The notes under the pieces are model-generated. The model saw nothing but the letters and a program-made list of their open reading frames with translations. It had not been told where the DNA came from and did no database searches. This document shows, piece by piece, positions 1 through 7,920 of a DNA stretch of 64,000 nt. The DNA is taken from NCBI GenBank assembly GCA_965223905.1, contig CBDCXV010000011.1, forward strand, positions 352,001-416,000, in the 5' to 3' direction. This DNA is from Candidatus Latescibacterota bacterium (lineage in GTDB: Bacteria > Latescibacterota > UBA2968 > UBA8231). How positions within the stretch are numbered: the stretch's first letter is position 1; each line of letters starts with the position of its first letter. The translations under genes and the position numbers were made by a program.

Positions 1-570
1 CCAGGATCTCGAGATCGACCAGCAGCTGCGAGAAGGTCTTGGCCGTCATCGGGGCGCCCCTATCCTGGTGCAGGGTCAGCTGGCCCGGCTCGATGTCCTG
101 CTTGTGGCAGGCGGCCCGGATCAGGCGTTGGGCGCGGCCGGCGCTTTCCCGGGTGGCCACCATCCAGGCGACGACGTAGCGGGAGAACAGATCGAGCACC
201 ACGTAGAGCGGGTACGTCTCCCATCGGCGCGGCCCCGCCAGGCGGGTGATGTCCCATGTCCAGACTTGGTTGGGGGCCGTAGCCACCAGCCGCGGCGGTT
301 CGGCCCGAGGGTGGCGGCGCTGGCGGCGGCGTTCCCGCACCTCGCCGGCGCCGTGCAGCAGACGATACATCGTGCGTTGGGAGCACAGGTAGCGTCCTTC
401 CTCCAGCAGGCTCGCGTACACGGCGGCAGGGGCTTGGTCGACGAAACGGTCCTCGTGCAGGGTGGCCAGCACGTGGGCGCGCTCCGCCGGCGACAGGGCG
501 CGAGGCGAGCGCCGCGGCGCCGCGTCCCGGCGCGGCAGCGGAGGCTTTCGGTGCCGATAGACCGCCTGCT
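1..570 (-). mobile_element. IS3-family transposase OrfB (DDE/rve) fragment, runs off the window edge
   Basis: Manual minus-strand translation gives ...HEDRFVDQAPAAVYASLLEEGRYLCS...ATAPNQVWTWDITRL...YVVLDLFSRYVVAW...LHQDRGAPM, typical IS3 integrase-core motifs. Confidence 0.85.
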
Positions 571-1089
571 GGCGCACACGCGGAGCATGGTTTCTGACAG
601 GTCGATCCCGCAGTAGTTCTGTGGCCTGAGGTCCGGATTGTTCCTGAGCAGCCAGCCGGTGCCGCAGCCTACATCGAGGATGCGCTGGCCGGTCAGATCG
701 CCCAACAGGGCCCGGAGGGGCTCGCCTCCGTGGTCATTGGCCATCGCCTGATCGTACTGGTGGGCCACTTCGTCGTAGGGCGTCTCGTAGTGCATCCGGG
801 CGCGGTTCAGGATGGTCGTATCCTTCGGCTTCCAGCCCATCGTCCAGTAGTAGTGCCCGTTGACCGTCAGGCTTTTGTAGTACTGCCGATTCCCGTACCG
901 ACGCCGGTAGCCGTAGGTCTGCACGGCCGTGACGACCTCCTCGAACTCGGCTTCCGGCCAGTTCACCCTGACGGTGTACCAGTGAGGTTTCTCCGGCATG
1001 GTCTTGGCAAACCGGAAAGAGGCCGCCCCTACCAGCTCGGCCACCCGGAACAGGCGCTCGTGCCCTATGGCATGATCGTTGTCGAACAT
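571..1089 (-). pseudogene. Unknown N-terminal domain fused to a class I SAM methyltransferase, C-terminally truncated at the IS3 junction
   Basis: ORF 121..1119: FAKTMPEKPHWYTVR...YYWTMG domain, then ILDVGCGTG motif I; after ~570 the frame runs into IS3 sequence. Confidence 0.65.
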
Positions 1090-1090
1090 C

Positions 1091-1633
1091 TCAGCCCAAC
1101 AGGATGGCGATATAGCCAAAGAAGATGACTCTATCAGGATCAGAGATTACGAGTTCTCCGTCACTGACCGAGTAGGACGGCTGAGTCTGAAATGACGGCG
1201 TGAACAGATCCGCCCAGGCATCAAACTCCATCCAGTTGTACCCTTCCATGTCGTCCACGTTGACTTCGTAGCTTCGCTGGTAATAGACCGCTTTGACCGT
1301 GCTCTCTGAGATCGTGTCACTATCAATGGTCCATCCGCCGTTTCTGTAGTCGGATGAGAAAAGGGTGACGCGCAGGAAGGCGAATTGATCCCCCAGTGCG
1401 TTCCCGCTCGTATCGACCATAACGGTGTCGTAGACCGTCACGGTCATGGTGTCGGGGTTATCGCCTTCGTAGATGATGTTCTCCCCCGTGATGTTGATCA
1501 CCACCTCACAGCCCGTGGTATCAGCGGCTTGTTCGGCGGCGGTCTTCGGGGAGTTGGCCGGGCCCATAGGGCCCTCGGGGCCTTGGCAGGCGAGCAGCAG
1601 GTAGGCGGCGATGAGGATGGCTGAATACTGCAT
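1091..1633 (-). CDS. Putative lipoprotein with a short collagen-like G-X-X segment
   Basis: Signal peptide with lipobox LLA-C followed by QGPEGPMGP. Confidence 0.65.
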   Translation of the reverse strand: MQYSAILIAAYLLLACQGPEGPMGPANSPKTAAEQAADTTGCEVVINITGENIIYEGDNPDTMTVTVYDTVMVDTSGNALGDQFAFLRVTLFSSDYRNGGWTIDSDTISESTVKAVYYQRSYEVNVDDMEGYNWMEFDAWADLFTPSFQTQPSYSVSDGELVISDPDRVIFFGYIAILLG

Positions 1634-1829
1634 GGTCCCTGTCTCCTTGAGGCGGGTAGGGGTTGACTTCCCGGCTCCGCTGTGGGGCCGGGCCTGTCAA
1701 GCCTACACGCCAAGAGACAGCGGGAAGGATCCTGCTATTTGCCAGACAAGAGGTAGCTAGCCCCTCATCTCGGATGGTACGGCTGTTCTATTCACAGGAG
1801 ACCCGACATCAGGGACCCCTGGCGCATAG

Positions 1830-2895
1830 ACTTGACGCACTCAATATAGTGAAAAAGGGAACCAAACTGAGCATTTTTCCTGTAATATCGCCATCAGACC
1901 GCAACGCCCCGCTCGCCCTCGATCAGGTCCTCGTAGCGTAACCGTTTTCCGATCATACCTCGGGCCAGCAGACACATCTGCTCGATGGTGTCCTTGTCGC
2001 GGATGCGGTGGCGGCCAGCAAACTCGTTCACGTACCGCTGCAGGTGCTTGAAGCTCATTCGGAAGTACGTCCCGTGATAAGCCCGTTTCAGCACTGCCCA
2101 GAAACTTTCGGCGCTGTTGGTATGGGCCATGCCCCTGACGTATTCACCGGCACCGTGGTTCACGGATTCGTGGTTTACCATCCCCTTGTAGGCGTAGTGC
2201 TCATCCGTGTATTTCTTGGCTGTCAGATTGACGTGGGCCAGCACCTGACCCTGTAGCGTATCGGTTTTCAGGTCAGGCACCAGTACGGCCTGAATCTCAT
2301 TCGTTTTTCGATCCACGAACGTGACGACCGCCTGCTTGCCGACGGTTCCGCGCCCGGCGTGCAGCTTCTTGTCCGCGTGTTTGTTCTTCTCTTTCCCGCC
2401 GAAAAACGCCTCATCAATCTCCACCGGGCCATCGAACTTCTCAGCGGTGTTCTTCACGAATGCTTCCCGGATGCGGTGCATCAGGTGCCACGCTGACTGA
2501 TGAGTGATCCCCAGATCACGATGGACGTGTATGGCGCTTGTGCCCCTCAGGTTCGTGGTAGTCAGATACAGGGCATATACCCACTTCTGGTACCCCAGAT
2601 TGCTGGACTGCATCACGGTGCCTTTCCGTACCGAGAAGAACTTCTGACAGTCTCGACACCGGTAGGGCATCCTCGGGTGCTTCGAGACCGACATGCTGCA
2701 CGAGCCGCAGTCAGGGCAATACCGCTCCCCATTCGGCCATCGCTGCTCCTCGAACCACTTTTCCGCCGCCTTGTCGTCGGGGAACATGCGAGCCAGTTCG
2801 GGGAGACTGATGCTCTTACGGTAAGCCCGTCCGGGGCCCTTTGTGCTGAAGTTTGTAGGAAATTTTGCCATATCACTATATGCTCGTTCGTCACT
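1830..2895 (-). mobile_element. IS1595-family insertion sequence
   Basis: Transposase ORF flanked by imperfect inverted repeats (acttgacgcactcaatatagtga at ~1830; tcactatatgctcgttcgtcact at ~2873-2895). Confidence 0.8.
1894..2871 (-). CDS. IS1595-family transposase
   Basis: Zn ribbon CPDCG...CRDC, VEIDEAFFGG, YTDE, HTNSAESFW, YVNEFAGR; start placed at MAKFPT. Confidence 0.9.
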   Translation of the reverse strand: MAKFPTNFSTKGPGRAYRKSISLPELARMFPDDKAAEKWFEEQRWPNGERYCPDCGSCSMSVSKHPRMPYRCRDCQKFFSVRKGTVMQSSNLGYQKWVYALYLTTTNLRGTSAIHVHRDLGITHQSAWHLMHRIREAFVKNTAEKFDGPVEIDEAFFGGKEKNKHADKKLHAGRGTVGKQAVVTFVDRKTNEIQAVLVPDLKTDTLQGQVLAHVNLTAKKYTDEHYAYKGMVNHESVNHGAGEYVRGMAHTNSAESFWAVLKRAYHGTYFRMSFKHLQRYVNEFAGRHRIRDKDTIEQMCLLARGMIGKRLRYEDLIEGERGVAV

Positions 2896-3071
2896 GTAAT
2901 AAATATCGGGCATTTTGAGCTTTTTGTCAAGGTTTAAGTTGTTGTTTTTGAAGGGTTTAGGCTTCAAAAGGCGATGGGGAATCGCTCGTTTCGGTTCCTC
3001 CGGTACACCCGGTGGATTGCCCTTGACTTTCCGGCCATGAGAGTCGAAATTGTACATACTTAGCCCTCCTC

Positions 3072-3154
3072 TACTGAGGTTAGGTGAGGTCATACTGAGG
3101 TTAGGTGAGGTCAGCAAAAAGCTCAGTCCCTCGTTGGGTGGCTTTTTGCTGACC
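3072..3154. repeat. Two tandem 21-bp direct repeats overlapping a perfect 14-bp inverted repeat
   Basis: tactgaggttaggtgaggtca x2 (3072-3113); ggtcagcaaaaagc (3109-3122) and gctttttgctgacc (3141-3154). Confidence 0.85.
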
Positions 3155-3325
3155 GGTGAAGAGAGAATCAGCGGAGTCAGCCGATCATGTCGTCGTAAGC
3201 GACCTGATCGGCTTTTTTCGTGCTTCTCTCGGGATTCTTACAAATATAGGCATTGGACGGCATGCAGGATACAACACACGCATGAGAAAGTGCTGAATAT
3301 CAGGGTAGGGCGGGAAGGTACGCGT

Positions 3326-3347
3326 CCCCCCCCCCCCCCCCCCCCCC
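3326..3347. repeat. Poly-C homopolymer (~22 nt) followed by gcccc units
   Basis: Directly visible. Confidence 0.9.
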
Positions 3348-3607
3348 GCCCCGCCCCGCCGCCGCTGGTTGCTACGTGCTCAGGCGTTCAGTTCAACCCG
3401 CCAAATCTCGGCTTGACGGGCTGTTTCTCCGTCCGTAGAATTATGATAATCACAATTACATAGCGTGGAACCCACGCCACTTCCCACGATGCTGTTCTGG
3501 TGGACTACTTTACGCTGGTTGCACCTCGAATCATTACGTCAGGTACCAGTGCGCCCCTTGCCGCCATGTATTAGCTATTTGCTACTCTTGAGATGGGAGT
3601 CCTACGG

Positions 3608-4057
3608 ATGGCAAACGTATTCGATGTAGCCGCCTGTATCCTTCAGAAACAGGGTCAGATGACCACATGGAAGCTCCAGAAACTGGTCTATTACTGCCAG
3701 TGCTGGTCGCTCGTGTGGGATGATGACGAGCTGTTCCCTGAAGAGATTGAGGCATGGGCCAATGGACCAGTCTGTCGCGATCTGTACCGTGCTCACGTCC
3801 GAAAATTCCGCCTGTCCCCTTCCGATTTAAGACAGGGAGATCCGGAAAAACTGACCGAAGACCAAAGCGAGACTGTGGGTACTGTACTGAATTATTATGG
3901 AAAAGAGTCTCCACAATACCTCAGCGATCTCACACACATGGAAGATCCATGGAAGAATGCCCGTAAGGGTGTTCCCGACAGTAAGCGTGGAAAGATCGTC
4001 ATCCCAAAGGCAGACATGGCCGAATACTACGGCAGCCTTTTGCCAGACCCTGATTAA
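3608..4057 (+). CDS. Panacea/DUF4065 (SocA/GepA-like) antitoxin
   Basis: KLQKLVYYCQ...IEAWANGPV...LSDLTHMEDPW motifs. Confidence 0.85.
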   Translation: MANVFDVAACILQKQGQMTTWKLQKLVYYCQCWSLVWDDDELFPEEIEAWANGPVCRDLYRAHVRKFRLSPSDLRQGDPEKLTEDQSETVGTVLNYYGKESPQYLSDLTHMEDPWKNARKGVPDSKRGKIVIPKADMAEYYGSLLPDPD

Positions 4058-4564
4058 ATGGCCAAGGGAAAGCCAGCCAGTCGACAGCTAAACCGGGACA
4101 AGTCTAACAGAAGAGAAGTCGATCCCGAGAAAGCTAAACAGGGGCGCGGGAAAGACACCGAATCACCTGATCAAGAAAAAATCGCATGGGCGTTCGGTGC
4201 GATGGACAAAGATGGAGATTGGGGCTGGCGTACTCAGGCAAGTGCAGCATGGTGGAAGGAACTCCTACCCAAATTACAGAATTTTGAGACCATGACTTGG
4301 ATCCAGATCATGCAGGCAGCCGGTGGTAGGCGTAGAGGCAATAACCACCACCCTGTATCTGTTGAAGATCTGACTCCACAGGCGAGAAAGCGTCTTAGTC
4401 AAATCAAGCAGAATGATGTCGAGAAGTTATTTTCTCTGCGCTTAGATGGCACTAAGCGCATTTACGGAATACGTGATCGACGAGTCTTGAAGATGCTCTG
4501 GTATGATCCAAATCATGGAAATAACGCTATGGCTGTATGTCCAGCAAATAAGATTCGCACCTGA
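4058..4564 (+). CDS. Putative cognate toxin (RelE-like RNase fold suspected)
   Basis: Starts immediately after the DUF4065 gene; LFSLRLDGTKRIYGIR...MLWYDPNH C-terminus; basic protein. Confidence 0.6.
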   Translation: MAKGKPASRQLNRDKSNRREVDPEKAKQGRGKDTESPDQEKIAWAFGAMDKDGDWGWRTQASAAWWKELLPKLQNFETMTWIQIMQAAGGRRRGNNHHPVSVEDLTPQARKRLSQIKQNDVEKLFSLRLDGTKRIYGIRDRRVLKMLWYDPNHGNNAMAVCPANKIRT

Positions 4565-4654
4565 GCAGCGGTCACGGGGCCAGGCGGCCTTTTTCAGAAA
4601 CCCCGGAACAGCAGCCAAAAGCTAAGAATCATCCCTTCGTTACCATCCCGTATA

Positions 4655-5000
4655 AGTTCCTTTTTTTGGATCTCGAGGATCGCCTGGGCCTGCTCCAGAC
4701 GCCCCCGCAGACGGGCGTTTTCTTTGCGCAAGCGCTCGTTGTCGCTGGCCACCGGGTCCCGACGACGGCCCTGGGGGCCCCGCGGCGTGGCCAACGCCTG
4801 CAACGAGCCTTCGCGGCGCGCCCGTCGCCAGGCGGCTAGCTGCGAGGAATACAGGCCTTCGCCGGCGCAGTAAGGCGCCTACCTCCCCCGGCGCCCGGCA
4901 GGCATCGGCTTCTTCCAGTACCCGCAGCTTATACTGCGCACTGAAGTGCCGGCGCTTGGCCCTCTCGGGCACTTCCGGGTCCGGACGAGAACCCTCAGGG
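4655..5000 (-). mobile_element. IS3-family OrfA remnant (frameshifted), ending at an A7G slippery site
   Basis: PDPEVPERAKRRHFSAQYKLRVLEEADAC...[frameshift ~4862]...EGLYSSQLAAWRR...LEIQKK; ttttttt at ~4661-4667 reads AAAAAAAG on the minus strand. Confidence 0.85.
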
Positions 5001-5014
5001 GAGGAAACGAGATA

Positions 5015-7561
5015 ATGGTACATGGGGCTTGGGGAAAGACCGTCAAGAAGACAGCAAGCGTTCACCCCCTGGCGCATCACTGTATGGATGTGGCAGCGGT
5101 GTTTGAGCGTGTGGTGGAGTTGCCCGTCATCCGCGACCGGCTTGAGAGGGCTATGGATGCGCGGCTTACGGCTGCGGCATGCCAGCGGCTCTGCGCACTC
5201 GTCTTCCTGCATGACATCGGAAAGCTGCATCCGGGTTTTCAAGCGAAGGGATGGCAGCCCGGCATGTGGAGCTACCCGACCCGAGAACATCTGAAAGAAG
5301 GCTGGGCGTTCCTGGAGCTGGCGGCGAAATGGCCGCAGCACCCATTCCACGAAACGATGCAACGGATAATGGAATGGGGGGAGGCTGTCGTCCCTCTTTT
5401 TTCGGCGATTTTCGCGCACCACGGGCGCCCTGTAGAGCCACCGTCGGCTCCGATGCTTAAGGAGTGGCCGTGTCTTCCACATTACGACTGGCAGGCGGAG
5501 ACCGGTGTGATGTGCGCAGCCCTTCATGGCTGGTTCGCCGGCGCTTTCGAACCCGGGGGTGCACCTCTGGCTGGAAAGCCGCAATTCCACCATGCAATTG
5601 CCGGTCTGGTGTCGCTGGCCGACTGGATCGGTTCGGATACGAGGTTCTTCCCTTTCACCGATCCGTTCGACCTCTCCTACAACTCGGTGACGCGTGATGC
5701 CGCACGGGATGCGCTGAAGACGATCGGTCTGGACCCGGGTGCTGTCGTCACTCGTCCCGCACCGAATTTCCCCACACTGACCGGATTTCCCGAGGCCAAT
5801 CCGGCACAGGCCGTGGTGGGGGCTGTTGGGCCGGAAGCCCGGCTGCTGATCCTCGAAGCCGAAACCGGCTCGGGAAAGACCGAGGCTGCGCTGTGGCGCT
5901 TCACCCAACTTCTGGCGGCAGGAGCAGTGTCGGGACTCTACTTCGCTGTGCCGACCCGCGCCGCGGCCAGGCAGCTTCACGGCCGCGTGGACAAGGCAAT
6001 GCGCCGGGTATTCGGCGCGGCGGCACCCGAAGCCGTACTGGCCATCCCCGGGATGCTGAGGTCCGGCGAGTTCGAAGGCCAAGGCCTGCCCCATTGGGAG
6101 GTTAGATGGGACGACGATACGACATCGGCCCCGCAGCGATGGGCTGCCGAGCACGCAACGCGGTTCCTGGCGGCACCGGTCGCTGTAGGCACCGTTGACC
6201 AAGCGATGCTCGCCGGTCTTCAGGTAAAGCACGCGCACCTGCGCGGCAGCTCTCTCAACCGCAGCCTTCTGGTCATCGACGAGGTTCACGCTTCCGACGC
6301 CTACATGACCGAGGTGCAGGCGCAACTTCTGGAAGGGCACCTAGCCACCGGCGGATACGCGATGCTGATGTCCGCGACCCTGGGCGCCCGAGCGCGGGTG
6401 CGCTGGACAGGGGAACCGTTGCCGGAGTTTGGTACCGCAAGGACGACTCCCTATCCGGCGGTGTGGGTGAAAGGAGAAAACGGTCCGCGTCAGGCGCCGG
6501 ATGGAGGTCGACCCAAGACAGTACATCCGGAGGCCGTGCCGACGATGGACCCGGCGGAGACCGCACGCCGTGCCGTCTCCGCAGCGGAGCAGGGAGCGCG
6601 GGTCTTGGTGATCCGCAATACCGTTGACATGGCGGTCGACACTTGGCGCGGTGTTAGGGAATCCGGTTCCGAAACGCTGCTGATGCAGGCGGGGGCGGGG
6701 CCGGCGCTGCATCACGGACGTTTTGCCGTGGAAGATCGCGCGCTGCTCGACCAGACGGTGGAAGAAGCGCTCGCACCTCTTGGGACTCGGGAAACACAGG
6801 GCTGTATCGTGATTGGGACTCAGACGTTGGAGCAGTCGCTCGACATCGACGCCGATCTTCTGATTACCGACCTCTGCCCGATGGACGTGCTGCTGCAACG
6901 GATTGGACGGCTTCACCGACACGACCTACGCCGGCCCGAAGGCTTCGAGACGGCCCGCGCCCTGGTGCTGCTGCCGGAAGACGGGCTAGACCGCCTCACG
7001 TGCCCGGATTTCGTGAACGGGATTGGAGGGTGGGTAGCTGAGGATGGAGGGTTCAACGGTATCTATACCGATCTCGCGGGATTGGAGCTGACTCGACACC
7101 TGATCGAGCAACCCGTCTGGCGGATCCCGGAGATGAACCGCCGGCTCGTGGAGAGCGCAACCCACCCCGACCGCATCGGCGCCCTGATCGCTGAGAAGGG
7201 AGAGGACTGGGAACGGTACGACAGGCTCCACGGCGGCGCGAAGGCAGCGGAAAGAATGGTTGCCAAGCTTGTCGTTCTGGACCGCGAGGAACCGTTCGAT
7301 GATCACCTACGGTTTCCCAATTCGGACGAGAAGATCATGACCCGGCTGGGGGAGGAGGGTGCGATCCTGGAACTCGATCCGCCGCCGGATGGCCCCTTCG
7401 GCTGCCCGGTGACGCGGATCGCTGTGCCCGCACGATGGTCGCAAGGAATTACAAAAGATGACCGGGTAGAGATTACGCGGGATGAGGCCGGTTTGATCCT
7501 GTCGGTTGCAGAACGCCGATTTCGTTACTCGCGGGAGGGACTGTCAAAATTCATCGGTTGA
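5015..7561 (+). CDS. cas3: CRISPR-associated HD nuclease/helicase Cas3 (type I-E)
   Basis: HHCMDV...LHDIGK HD motifs, AETGSGKT Walker A, DEVH, QRIGRLHR; RBS gggagg before ATG at 5015. Confidence 0.95.
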   Translation: MVHGAWGKTVKKTASVHPLAHHCMDVAAVFERVVELPVIRDRLERAMDARLTAAACQRLCALVFLHDIGKLHPGFQAKGWQPGMWSYPTREHLKEGWAFLELAAKWPQHPFHETMQRIMEWGEAVVPLFSAIFAHHGRPVEPPSAPMLKEWPCLPHYDWQAETGVMCAALHGWFAGAFEPGGAPLAGKPQFHHAIAGLVSLADWIGSDTRFFPFTDPFDLSYNSVTRDAARDALKTIGLDPGAVVTRPAPNFPTLTGFPEANPAQAVVGAVGPEARLLILEAETGSGKTEAALWRFTQLLAAGAVSGLYFAVPTRAAARQLHGRVDKAMRRVFGAAAPEAVLAIPGMLRSGEFEGQGLPHWEVRWDDDTTSAPQRWAAEHATRFLAAPVAVGTVDQAMLAGLQVKHAHLRGSSLNRSLLVIDEVHASDAYMTEVQAQLLEGHLATGGYAMLMSATLGARARVRWTGEPLPEFGTARTTPYPAVWVKGENGPRQAPDGGRPKTVHPEAVPTMDPAETARRAVSAAEQGARVLVIRNTVDMAVDTWRGVRESGSETLLMQAGAGPALHHGRFAVEDRALLDQTVEEALAPLGTRETQGCIVIGTQTLEQSLDIDADLLITDLCPMDVLLQRIGRLHRHDLRRPEGFETARALVLLPEDGLDRLTCPDFVNGIGGWVAEDGGFNGIYTDLAGLELTRHLIEQPVWRIPEMNRRLVESATHPDRIGALIAEKGEDWERYDRLHGGAKAAERMVAKLVVLDREEPFDDHLRFPNSDEKIMTRLGEEGAILELDPPPDGPFGCPVTRIAVPARWSQGITKDDRVEITRDEAGLILSVAERRFRYSREGLSKFIG

Positions 7562-7586
7562 CACATCAACCCCTACATGGTATATT
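7558..7586 (+). promoter_or_regulatory. sigma70-like promoter for the cas8e-cas2 operon
   Basis: TTGACA (7558-7563), 17 bp spacing, TATATT (7581-7586) with an extended -10 TG. Confidence 0.75.
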
Positions 7587-7603
7587 GCTGTTCCAGTTAG
7601 AAT

Positions 7604-7627
7604 AACTATGTAATAGGTTCGACTCCC
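7604..7627 (+). promoter_or_regulatory. Putative Cascade target (AAC PAM plus partial protospacer) of the mini-CRISPR guide
   Basis: AAC-TATGTAATAGGTTCGACTCCC matches 16 of the first 21 nt of spacer 7840-7871. Confidence 0.75.
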
Positions 7628-7704
7628 AATTTTATATATATATTACTCATTTAGTGATGAGATTCAAAAACGGAGAATGCAAACGGAGAATGCAGGAGAA
7701 TGCA

Positions 7705-7920
7705 ATGGTAGGCATACGTTTTGAATTCGAATTGGCAAGACGACTCAAAGGCTGGCTCACTTCCAGACGAGTGACTTTGGCGGTAATGCTCGATTCATGC
7801 ACTACGCGTTTTTCCCGAAACGGCCTTCGGGATAGTCCCGATGTCACAGGGTCGACCCCCCGCGATCGGGTGGATTCCCCATTGTTCATGGGGTCATCTA
7901 AGGCTCGGATCGACCGATGA
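7705..7920 (+). CDS. Possible small upstream ORF overlapping the mini-CRISPR and the cas8e start (ATGA)
   Basis: AGGAG 6 nt before ATG at 7705; in frame with track ORF 7654..7920; no recognisable family. Confidence 0.3.
   Translation: MVGIRFEFELARRLKGWLTSRRVTLAVMLDSCTTRFSRNGLRDSPDVTGSTPRDRVDSPLFMGSSKARIDR
7806..7900 (+). ncRNA. Degenerate single-spacer mini-CRISPR (CreA/CreR-like regulatory crRNA)
   Basis: Pseudo-repeat 1: hairpin CCCGAA-acggcc-TTCGGG plus handle ATAGTCCC (canonical ATAGACCC); exactly 32-nt spacer; pseudo-repeat 2: GGATTCCCCAT-tgttc-ATGGGG. Confidence 0.75.

Noticed and set aside
4640-6340. 566-aa minus-strand ORF and similar long antisense ORFs (e.g. 31813..33003, 46084..47490, 53088..54545)
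   Set aside because: Shadow frames of high-GC genes; only the last ~100 codons of 4640..6340 correspond in part to IS3 OrfA.
7849-7880. Alternative second pseudo-repeat at GACCCCCCGCGATCGGGTGG giving a ~11-nt spacer
   Set aside because: Target complementarity extends to position 21 and the downstream hairpin gives a canonical 32-nt spacing; less parsimonious, though not excluded.
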